Assembly: GCA_937899245.1 (NCBI GenBank)
Contig: CALDKB010000047.1
Location: 8,884-72,883, forward strand
Direction: 5' to 3'
Source of the DNA: an uncultured Bacteroidales bacterium
GTDB lineage: Bacteria; Bacteroidota; Bacteroidia; Bacteroidales; ML635J-15
DNA: 64,000 nucleotides
The notes under the pieces are model-generated. The model searched no databases. It had not been told where the DNA came from and saw only the letters and a list, made by a program, of their open reading frames with translations. Each line of letters starts with the position of its first letter. Position 1 is the first letter of the stretch. Positions 56,439 to 64,000 of the stretch are shown here, piece by piece. The position numbers and the translations under genes were made by a program.

Positions 56439-59060
56439 ATGGAATTATCAGCTAAATACGAACCTCAAGAAATCGAGAAGAAATGGTACGACTACTGGAT
56501 GGAACACAAGCTTTTCCATTCGGAGCCAGACGGACGTGAACCATACGTTGTTGTTATCCCACCACCAAATGTTACGGGAATTTTGCACATGGGGCACATG
56601 CTTAACAATACAATTCAGGACATTCTTGTCCGTCGTGCCCGTATGACCGGCAAAAATGCAGTTTGGGTTCCCGGTACCGACCACGCTTCAATCGCTACAG
56701 AAGCTAAGGTTGTAAATAAGTTGGCTCAGCAGGGTATCAAGAAGACCGATCTTTCGCGTGATGAATTTTTGAAGCATGCTTGGGATTGGACCCACGAGCA
56801 CGGAGGAATCATTCTTCAGCAGTTGCGCAAGCTTGGCGCTTCGTGCGACTGGGACCGTACGGCCTTCACAATGGACGAAGAACGTTCGAAGAGCGTTATC
56901 AAGGTTTTCTGTGATTTGTACGACAAGGGCATGATTTACCGCGGTGTCCGCATGGTAAACTGGGATCCGCAGGCAAAGACGGCTCTTTCAGATGAGGAGG
57001 TTATCTACAAGGAACAGAATGGAAAGTTGTATTACCTCCGCTATAAGATTGAGGGCGAGGACGGCTATGCAATTGTCGCTACAACTCGTCCGGAAACTAT
57101 CATGGGTGATACGGCAATGTGTATCAATCCTAACGATCCGAAGAATGCTCACCTGAGGGGCAAGAAGGTAATTGTTCCACTTGTAAACCGCGTAATTCCG
57201 GTAATCGAGGATGAATATGTAGATATCGAATTTGGTACCGGTTGCTTGAAGGTAACTCCTGCGCACGACGTAAATGACTATATGCTTGGTGAAAAATACA
57301 ATCTTGAAAGCATTGATATCTTCAATGACGATGGTACTTTGAGCGAAGCTGCCGGAATGTATGTCGGCATGGACCGTTTCGATGTCCGCAAGCAGATTGA
57401 GATTGACTTGCAGAATGCAGGTCTTCTCGAAAAGGTTGAAAGCTATACAAATAAAGTGGGCTATTCAGAACGTACAAATGTCGCAATAGAGCCGAAGCTT
57501 TCGATGCAGTGGTTCCTTAAGATGCAAGATCTTGCTAAGCCAGCTCTTGATGCTGTAATGAACGACAATATCAAGTTCCATCCGGCAAAATACAAAAATA
57601 CATACAAGCACTGGATGGAAAACGTTAAGGACTGGTGCGTAAGCCGTCAGTTGTGGTGGGGACATCGCATTCCAGCATATTTCTTGCCGCAGGGCGGATA
57701 TGTAGTTGCCGAAACTCCGGAACAGGCTCTCGAAAAGGCAAAAGCAAAAACAGGAAACCAAAACTTGACCCTAAACGACTTGCGTCAGGATTCCGATTGC
57801 CTGGATACATGGTTCTCTTCGTGGTTGTGGCCTATTTCGCTTTTCGATGGCATAAACAACCCTAACAACAAGGAAATAAGTTATTACTACCCAACTTCAG
57901 ACTTGGTTACAGGTCCTGATATCATCTTCTTCTGGGTTGCACGTATGATTATGGCAGGTTATCAGTATATGGGCGATATGCCGTTCAGGAACGTATATTT
58001 TACTGGTATTGTTCGCGATAAGATTGGCCGTAAGATGTCGAAGTCGCTCGGAAATTCACCGGATCCAATTGAATTGATGGAGAAATATGGTGCTGATGGT
58101 GTTCGTATGGGTATGATGCTTTCGGCTCCTGCAGGAAACGATATTCTTTTCGATGAGGCATTGTGCGAGCAGGGACGTAATTTCAACAACAAGATCTGGA
58201 ATGCTTTGCGTCTTGTAAAGGGATGGGAAGTTGCCGATGCGGAGCAGCCAAAGGCAGCTGCTATGGCGATAGAATGGTTTAACTCGAAGTTGAGCCAGAC
58301 AATCAACGAGCTGGAAGAGGAATTCTCGAAGTATCGTATTTCCGAGGCCCTTATGACCGTTTACAAGTTGTTCTGGGACGAATTCTCGGCATGGTATCTC
58401 GAACTTATCAAGCCAGTTTACGGACAGCCTATCGACCGCAAGACTTTTGATGCAACCATTGGATTCTTCGAGAAGTTGACATTGCTGTTGCATCCGTTTA
58501 TGCCTTTTATCACCGAGGAAATATGGCAGTCGCTGGCAGACCGTAAGGAAGGTGAGAGCATTGTTGTTGCGCCAATGCCTAAAGCAATGCCTGTTGATGA
58601 AAAATTGCTAGCAGGTTTTGAACTTACAAAGGAAATCGTTGCAAATATCCGTACTGTCCGCAAGGAAAAAAATATTCCACAGAAGGAAGCACTTACAATG
58701 TCGGTTATCAAGCACGAAACATATAACGAAAACCTCGATTGCATAATCATGAAGCTATGCAATATGACAGCTATTGATTTCGTGGCAGAAAAACTTCCGC
58801 TTTCGGCAGGCTTCATCGTTAATAAGAACGAATATTTCATTCCTGTTGGGAATATGATTAACAAAGAAGAGGAATTGAAGAAGCTGTATGACGAGTTGGA
58901 TTATGCACAAAAGTTCCTTGCGTCGGTAAAGAACAAGTTGGCTAATGAGAACTTTGTTGCACATGCACCAGCTGCCGTTATCGAAAAGGAACGTAAGAAA
59001 CAGAGCGATGCAGAAACTAAGATTAGCATTCTGAACGAGCAGATTGCTGCTTTGCAGTAA
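56439..59060 (+). CDS. valS: valine--tRNA ligase
   Basis: [20 protein letters not shown] start, HIGH-type motif ([10 protein letters not shown]), KMSKS, and a C-terminal coiled coil. The ORF-track start at 56334 adds 35 non-conserved residues. Confidence 0.95.
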   Translation: MELSAKYEPQEIEKKWYDYWMEHKLFHSEPDGREPYVVVIPPPNVTGILHMGHMLNNTIQDILVRRARMTGKNAVWVPGTDHASIATEAKVVNKLAQQGIKKTDLSRDEFLKHAWDWTHEHGGIILQQLRKLGASCDWDRTAFTMDEERSKSVIKVFCDLYDKGMIYRGVRMVNWDPQAKTALSDEEVIYKEQNGKLYYLRYKIEGEDGYAIVATTRPETIMGDTAMCINPNDPKNAHLRGKKVIVPLVNRVIPVIEDEYVDIEFGTGCLKVTPAHDVNDYMLGEKYNLESIDIFNDDGTLSEAAGMYVGMDRFDVRKQIEIDLQNAGLLEKVESYTNKVGYSERTNVAIEPKLSMQWFLKMQDLAKPALDAVMNDNIKFHPAKYKNTYKHWMENVKDWCVSRQLWWGHRIPAYFLPQGGYVVAETPEQALEKAKAKTGNQNLTLNDLRQDSDCLDTWFSSWLWPISLFDGINNPNNKEISYYYPTSDLVTGPDIIFFWVARMIMAGYQYMGDMPFRNVYFTGIVRDKIGRKMSKSLGNSPDPIELMEKYGADGVRMGMMLSAPAGNDILFDEALCEQGRNFNNKIWNALRLVKGWEVADAEQPKAAAMAIEWFNSKLSQTINELEEEFSKYRISEALMTVYKLFWDEFSAWYLELIKPVYGQPIDRKTFDATIGFFEKLTLLLHPFMPFITEEIWQSLADRKEGESIVVAPMPKAMPVDEKLLAGFELTKEIVANIRTVRKEKNIPQKEALTMSVIKHETYNENLDCIIMKLCNMTAIDFVAEKLPLSAGFIVNKNEYFIPVGNMINKEEELKKLYDELDYAQKFLASVKNKLANENFVAHAPAAVIEKERKKQSDAETKISILNEQIAALQ

Positions 59061-59077
59061 TATTTTGAAATAGATCT

Positions 59078-59117
59078 AAATCCCATTTTCGTTTTTCGAA
59101 AATGGGATTTTTTTTTG
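59078..59117. terminator. bidirectional terminator between valS and the sigma factor gene
   Basis: Perfect 14-bp stem aaatcccattttcg/cgaaaatgggattt followed by a T-run. Confidence 0.8.
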
Positions 59118-59164
59118 CAACGTTGCAGATTGTTGTCTGCGACGAGTGTAATGAAAGAAGAGGC

Positions 59165-59662
59165 TTACTTAAAATCCTTCAGCTTGTCGGAAACGATTTT
59201 CCGTGCCGAGAAAATTCTGCTTTTCACTGTTCCTATTGGCAAGTGCGTGACATCTGCGATTTCTTTGTATTTGTAGCCGTCGATGTACATAGTCAGTGGA
59301 ACGTTGTAATCTGCATTTAGTGATGATAGGGTGGTCGTGATGTCGTTAGTGTCGATTTCCATTTCGGCATTGTCGTTGTGTCCCCATTTGTTTTTTAGCA
59401 TGTCGTCGTTGTCGAGCATGTTGTGATCTGTCTTTTTAGCCGAAAGTTTTGAGATGCTGTTGAGGTATAGATTGTGGATGATAGTCATCATCCATGCTTT
59501 GAAGTTGGTGTCTTGGTAAGCATCACGGCAAAGTATTGCCTTTAGATATGCTTCCTGCACAAGGTCTTTTGCGTCATCATGATTTCTGGTTAATGTTAAA
59601 GCATAAGCCAATAGGCTTTTCTCACAGCCAATGAGGCTGGAATTAAAATCGTTCGTGTCCAT
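59165..59662 (-). CDS. ECF-type sigma-70 family RNA polymerase sigma factor
   Basis: Region 2 (DDAKDLVQEAYLKA...FKAWMMTIIHN) and region 4 (YKEIADVTHLPIGTVKSRIFSARK). Confidence 0.85.
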   Translation of the reverse strand: MDTNDFNSSLIGCEKSLLAYALTLTRNHDDAKDLVQEAYLKAILCRDAYQDTNFKAWMMTIIHNLYLNSISKLSAKKTDHNMLDNDDMLKNKWGHNDNAEMEIDTNDITTTLSSLNADYNVPLTMYIDGYKYKEIADVTHLPIGTVKSRIFSARKIVSDKLKDFK

Positions 59663-59694
59663 TTTATCATTTTGTTAATTGGTTTATTCATTTG

Positions 59695-59702
59695 CAAATA
59701 TA
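59695..59702 (-). promoter_or_regulatory. candidate -7 box (TAtaTTTG on the minus strand) for the sigma factor gene
   Basis: The plus strand reads caaatata, 33-40 nt upstream of the ATG at 59662. Confidence 0.35.
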
Positions 59703-59808
59703 TTCGTAGTTTCGAAAAATAAGGAAAAGTTTTAGTTAAATTTTTGTGAAATTTTAATTTGTATTAGTTCTTTTTTTGAAGCTATGACTTTGTTAGACAG
59801 GGAGTAAC

Positions 59809-59844
59809 AAAAAAAACGGCAGGAAACCCTGCCGTTTTTTTTTT
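59809..59844 (-). terminator. rho-independent terminator after the RND operon
   Basis: acggcagg/cctgccgt stem flanked by A8 and T10, 14 nt after the stop at 59858. Confidence 0.8.
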
Positions 59845-59857
59845 AGAATGAAAAAAA

Positions 59858-60151
59858 TTAAATCATTTTTTCGATGTCCCATACAAAAGCTTTGACTCCG
59901 ACTTCTCTGTTTCTGTTGTCAAGTTTCTTGACAGTGTCTAGCAATTCGGGAACTTTTTCGTTGGGCACAACTGTAATTATAGCAGAGTTCATTTCTGGCC
60001 ATGTATGTGTTCCTCTGCGAGGTTCACCGTCTTTAGTTCCTCTGCCCTGAACGTTTTCCCAATATGTGAAGCCTCTAATTTCCAATGTGTCGAGAATATA
60101 TTCTACACGTTCTGTATTTGCTTGGTTATATACTATGAATACTGCTTTCAT
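59858..60151 (-). CDS. small P-II/CutA-like transporter-associated protein (97 aa)
   Basis: The beta-alpha-beta pattern MKAVFIVYNQANTERVEYILDTLEIRGFTYWENVQGRG resembles DUF3240/PG0541-type proteins found at the 3' end of RND operons. The start overlaps the RND stop (TAATG). Confidence 0.5.
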   Translation of the reverse strand: MKAVFIVYNQANTERVEYILDTLEIRGFTYWENVQGRGTKDGEPRRGTHTWPEMNSAIITVVPNEKVPELLDTVKKLDNRNREVGVKAFVWDIEKMI

Positions 60152-63100
60152 TATTCAATGTTTTTAGGTTGAACATTAGTGTTAGCTGAGTCGATTCTAT
60201 TGCCGTCTTCGTCGTAGTCATCGTTGTTGATGTCCATGAATACGAATTGTTTGCGAATCTTCTTCTGGTCATCCTTTTCGTTCTTGCGGCAGAATATACC
60301 ATACAATACAGGAACTACAACCAAGGTAATGAACGTAGAAACGGTAAGACCACCGATAACTACGATACCCATGCCTTGCCACATTTCGGAACCTTCGCTG
60401 GTACTCATTGCCATTGGCACCATACCGAGGATTGTTGTGAAAGCGGTCATAAGTACTGGTCGAATACGTGACTGTCCCGACAGTGCGATAGCTTCATTAA
60501 GTTCGTAGCCTCTGTCTCGCATTAAGTTGATGTAGTCAACAAGCACGATACCGTTCTTAACTACAATACCGATAAGTAATATCAAGCCAAGTGCACCCAT
60601 CATGTCAAGAGTTGCTCCAGTGATAAGCAAGGCAACGATTGTACCGGTGATTGCAAATGGGATAGACATCATGATGATGAACGGCTTTGAGAATGATTCA
60701 AATTGCGATGCCATTACGATGTAAACAAGCATCATGATCAGGAGTGCGAGAGTAATCATGTCGCCGAATGTTTCCTGCTGTTTTTCGTACGAACCACCCA
60801 TACGTGTTGTAATGCCTAATGGGATTGTGGTTTTGTCGACAACGCCTTGAATATCGTTTGCAAGTTCGCCAAGGGATGCGTTGTAAGGGGTTACGCTGAT
60901 TGTCAAGTAACGCTGGCGGTTCTTTCTTTCGATGTTAGGCGGGCACCAGTATTCGTTGATATCGGCGAGTTCCTTCAGTTTGATTTTTTCTCCACGAGGA
61001 CTCATTATAGTAAGTTCCTCAATGTCGGTAATACTGTTGCGGAATTCTTCTTTAAGACGAACAACGATGTCGTATTCTTCTCCGTCTTCCTTTAGGTATC
61101 CTGCGGTCATTCCGTTTACACGGTATCTTACGTATGCTGCAGCAGTGGATGTGCTCAATCCATGTCGAGCAAGTTTTTCTTTGTCGAAATTAATCTGAAG
61201 TTCGGCGCGGTCCTCTTCACGGCTTATGGTAACGTCGCGTGCTGATGGCAGGTCCTGAATCTTGTGCTTAAGTTCTGTAGCAAGAATATTTGTCTGGTCG
61301 AAATCGTATCCATAGACTTCGAGCGAAACATTATTGCTTGACATACCGCCCTGGCTGCTGGTTGATACCGAGTAGTTGATGATTTCAGGATATGTTTTAA
61401 GTTCTTCACGGATAACTTCGGCAATTTCGAAGATAGTACGTTCACGTTCGTATTTCTTTGATGTACGGACGGTCATGTTAATCTTGTTGTTTGTTGTCGA
61501 TGCGAACAAAGCAGAAACGCTAGATTCGTCGTTCGAGCCTGCCGAGGTTGAAATAACCTTTGTTTCGGGAACCAGTTCGTGAATTCTGCATTCTATCTGG
61601 CGTGCTGTCTTCAAGGTTTCTTCGATGCGGGTACCGCGTTGCAGTTCTATCTTGATGCTCAAGCTACCATTATCCTGCTGTTGCATGAAGTCGGTACCAA
61701 TGCTTCCGTTTGTAAATGGGATAAGAGAAAGTCCGAAAACACCAAAGGCAATAAGCATTGTGATAAGTTTGTGATTCAAGCAAGTACGAAGTAATTTTGA
61801 GTACCATAAATCAACCCAGTCGAATAAGCGTCCCAAGGTGTTCTTGTGTGAGAATATTCTTTTTCTCTGCTTTTCGAGATAAGCGGCTTCTTCGTCCTTG
61901 TTAACGAAGAATTTTCTTGCCTTCAATATCTTTGAGCAAAGCATAGGGATAAGTGTGATTGCAGTTGCAGTAGAAGTACATACAACCAAAGTTACAATCC
62001 ATCCGAGTTCCTTGAACATAACGCCTGCCATACCGGTAAGCATTGTCAATGGTACGAAAACTGCAACGATAACCAAGGTTGTGGCGATAACAGAAATCCA
62101 AACTTCGTTGGTTGCATAGATTGCTGCTTCGCGCGGGTTGGAACCTCGTTCGATATGCTTTGTGATATTTTCCAGGACAACGATGGCATCATCCACAACC
62201 ATACCGATTGCCACGGTAAGTGATGCAAGTGATACGATGTTCAGCGAACTGTCGGTAAGCATCAGGTATAGGAACGATACGATAAGCGAGATTGGGATTG
62301 TCAAGCTGATGATGACAGTTGAACGCCAGTCGCCAAGGAAAACCAGAACTACCAAAACAACGAACAGTAATGCGTAGAAGATTGATTCTGCCAGACCATA
62401 GATGGCGTTTTTGATTTCGATAGAACCATCGCGGATAACAGTACATTTGATGTCGGGAGGCAATGTTTTCATGATCTTTGCCATTTCCTCGTTGATTTCC
62501 TCGCAAATCTGTACAGTATTAGCTCCGGTTTGCTTGGTTATCTGGATACGAGCACCTTCACGGCCAAGGATTTCCTGTCCGTCTTCGAGGATGCTGATTC
62601 TTTCATCAAGAGAGAGGTCTTTAATTGTATCGCGTACAGTTGCAAGGTCTCTTACGAAAACTTGTTTGCCGTCGGCGGTTGTTGTAACAACAATGTTGTT
62701 GATTTCTTCGCTTTCCTTGTATTCGCTTTCGACGCGAAGCTGATATTGCTCTTTACCCATCTTGACGGTACCGGAAGCAAGGTTGAGGTTGTTGCCAGAA
62801 ATAGCCGAGCCGACAGTTTCAACAGACAGGTTGTATGCGTCGAGCTGGTTAGGGTCGAGGTCGATGTATATGTAGCGGTCGGGAGCACCGGTAAGCGAAA
62901 TGTTACCGATACCATCAACACGGTTTAATACGTTGACTACATTATCATCGAGGATTTTTTCCAGTCCGGCATAACTTTCCTCGGCGGTGAAACCGAGCTG
63001 CATGATTGGCATCTGGCTTGAACTCATCTTGAGGATCATAGGACGGCTGACACCATCTGGCAGGTTGTCGTATACGAAGTCGACGTATGTGCGGACATCG

Positions 63101-63417
63101 TTCATTACCTCGTCGAGGTTGGTGCCCCATTCAAGTTCCAGTGTTACAACCGAAATGTTATCCTTTGATGTCGAGTACAAGTACTTAAGACCATCAACAG
63201 AGTTAAGAGAGTTTTCGAGGATTTTACTAACGTTTGTTTCTATTTCGCTGGCATTTGCACCCGGATAAGTTGTCATTACGCTGATATAAGGCGGGTCCAT
63301 TTCCGGGAACTGGTCGATTGGCAGTCGCGACAAGGCGAACAGACCGAGCACCATCACAGCGACAAATACCAGACCTGTCGTGATAGGCTTTTGTATGGCG
63401 GTTTTATAGATACTCAT
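60151..63417 (-). CDS. RND efflux transporter permease (AcrB/CzcA family, 1088 aa)
   Basis: 12-TM plus two large periplasmic loops. The family-typical N-terminus (AIQKPITTGLVFVAVMVLGLFALSRLPIDQFPEMDPPYISVMTTYPGA) and the VVDDAIVVLENI motif. Confidence 0.9.
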   Translation of the reverse strand: MSIYKTAIQKPITTGLVFVAVMVLGLFALSRLPIDQFPEMDPPYISVMTTYPGANASEIETNVSKILENSLNSVDGLKYLYSTSKDNISVVTLELEWGTNLDEVMNDVRTYVDFVYDNLPDGVSRPMILKMSSSQMPIMQLGFTAEESYAGLEKILDDNVVNVLNRVDGIGNISLTGAPDRYIYIDLDPNQLDAYNLSVETVGSAISGNNLNLASGTVKMGKEQYQLRVESEYKESEEINNIVVTTTADGKQVFVRDLATVRDTIKDLSLDERISILEDGQEILGREGARIQITKQTGANTVQICEEINEEMAKIMKTLPPDIKCTVIRDGSIEIKNAIYGLAESIFYALLFVVLVVLVFLGDWRSTVIISLTIPISLIVSFLYLMLTDSSLNIVSLASLTVAIGMVVDDAIVVLENITKHIERGSNPREAAIYATNEVWISVIATTLVIVAVFVPLTMLTGMAGVMFKELGWIVTLVVCTSTATAITLIPMLCSKILKARKFFVNKDEEAAYLEKQRKRIFSHKNTLGRLFDWVDLWYSKLLRTCLNHKLITMLIAFGVFGLSLIPFTNGSIGTDFMQQQDNGSLSIKIELQRGTRIEETLKTARQIECRIHELVPETKVISTSAGSNDESSVSALFASTTNNKINMTVRTSKKYERERTIFEIAEVIREELKTYPEIINYSVSTSSQGGMSSNNVSLEVYGYDFDQTNILATELKHKIQDLPSARDVTISREEDRAELQINFDKEKLARHGLSTSTAAAYVRYRVNGMTAGYLKEDGEEYDIVVRLKEEFRNSITDIEELTIMSPRGEKIKLKELADINEYWCPPNIERKNRQRYLTISVTPYNASLGELANDIQGVVDKTTIPLGITTRMGGSYEKQQETFGDMITLALLIMMLVYIVMASQFESFSKPFIIMMSIPFAITGTIVALLITGATLDMMGALGLILLIGIVVKNGIVLVDYINLMRDRGYELNEAIALSGQSRIRPVLMTAFTTILGMVPMAMSTSEGSEMWQGMGIVVIGGLTVSTFITLVVVPVLYGIFCRKNEKDDQKKIRKQFVFMDINNDDYDEDGNRIDSANTNVQPKNIE

Positions 63418-63430
63418 TTTCTACTCCTTT

Positions 63431-64000
63431 CTACTTGTTGGAAATGTTTAGTTTAACGCCGTTGACAAGTTTAGCTTCACCAACGGTAATAAGTTCGTCG
63501 CCTTCCTTCAGTTCGTCCGATATGATTTCAATTTTATCGTCGAAACGTTTGCCCATTGTAACAACAACACGCTTTGCGAAGCCGTCGTTATTGATGAAGA
63601 CGTATCTTTCGTTTGCACCCTGGAGTTTCAATACTGCCTGGTAAGGAACTATGATTGCGTCAACATTGTCGAGGTCGATTTCTACGCTCATGTACATACC
63701 CGGACGAAGTTCTTCCTTTGCATTCGGAATCTTAACCTTTGCCTGGAATGTGTGTGTGTTGGCATCGATTGTAGGGTAGATGATTTCGATTGTGCCTTCA
63801 AATTTACGGCCTTCGTAGATGTCGCTGGTGAGCTGTACTTTGGTTCCTTTTTCAATTAGCGGGAAGTATGCCTCGGGAATATTTACTATTGCCTTCAGGG
63901 TGTTAATCTGGATAAGCGTAAGTATTGGTGCTCCGCTGTAAAGTTCGCCTTCTTCGAAGTTCTTTGCAGATATCACACCAGAATATTCTGCTTTAACGTA
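63431..64000 (-). CDS. RND periplasmic adaptor (membrane fusion protein), C-terminal part; gene continues beyond the right edge
   Basis: Beta-barrel/MP-proximal domain pattern (PGMYMSVEIDL..., IIVPYQAVL, YVFINNDGFAKRVVVTMG). The frame stays open upstream of the track's Met, up to position 64000. Confidence 0.8.
   Translation of the reverse strand, partial: YVKAEYSGVISAKNFEEGELYSGAPILTLIQINTLKAIVNIPEAYFPLIEKGTKVQLTSDIYEGRKFEGTIEIIYPTIDANTHTFQAKVKIPNAKEELRPGMYMSVEIDLDNVDAIIVPYQAVLKLQGANERYVFINNDGFAKRVVVTMGKRFDDKIEIISDELKEGDELITVGEAKLVNGVKLNISNK

Overview
This window looks like chromosomal DNA from a Bacteroidota (Bacteroidales-like) genome. Three observations support that. Nearly all type-I signal peptides are followed by Gln. 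Three proteins end in T9SS C-terminal sorting domains. TAnnTTTG -7 boxes precede many genes.

Gene content, left to right:
- Two tandem paralogous outer-membrane cassettes on the minus strand (1-8215). Each has a small beta-barrel-like protein, a DUF4249 lipoprotein and a CarboxypepD_reg TonB-dependent receptor. They are headed by a Cys-rich lipoprotein.
- GH2 beta-mannosidase, then a LysM lytic transglycosylase.
- A tightly coupled envelope operon of unknown function (12685-20107), followed by a deaminase.
- A patatin/Omp85-like phospholipase, a beta-helix lipoprotein, and a sugar-1-P nucleotidyltransferase.
- The Na+-pumping methylmalonyl-CoA decarboxylase plus epimerase cluster.
- rplM-rpsI-rpsB-tsf, then a BadF-type sugar kinase.
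- A T9SS cargo cluster: a PPAD-like arginine deiminase, a C25 gingipain-like protease, and a 1513-aa multi-repeat protein.
- Three orphan proteins: 146 aa; 521 aa, His/Trp/Tyr-rich with a poly-Ser tail encoded by a 51-nt tandem repeat; and 290 aa, degenerate retropepsin-like.
- dnaK, then a HydABC-type [FeFe] hydrogenase.
- An AT-rich single-gene islet, valS, an ECF sigma factor, and an RND efflux operon that runs off the right edge.

I saw no rRNA, tRNA, CRISPR array, transposase or integrase.

The best novelty candidates, all unverified without searches, are:
1. The frameshifted islet gene at 54743-56319, which combines a PUA-like (EVE/ASCH-type) domain with a PD-(D/E)xK nuclease domain. It may be a modification-dependent restriction enzyme.
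2. The duplicated three-component outer-membrane cassette, in which one receptor is fused to the small-barrel component.
3. A close PPAD look-alike directly downstream of a gingipain-like protease.
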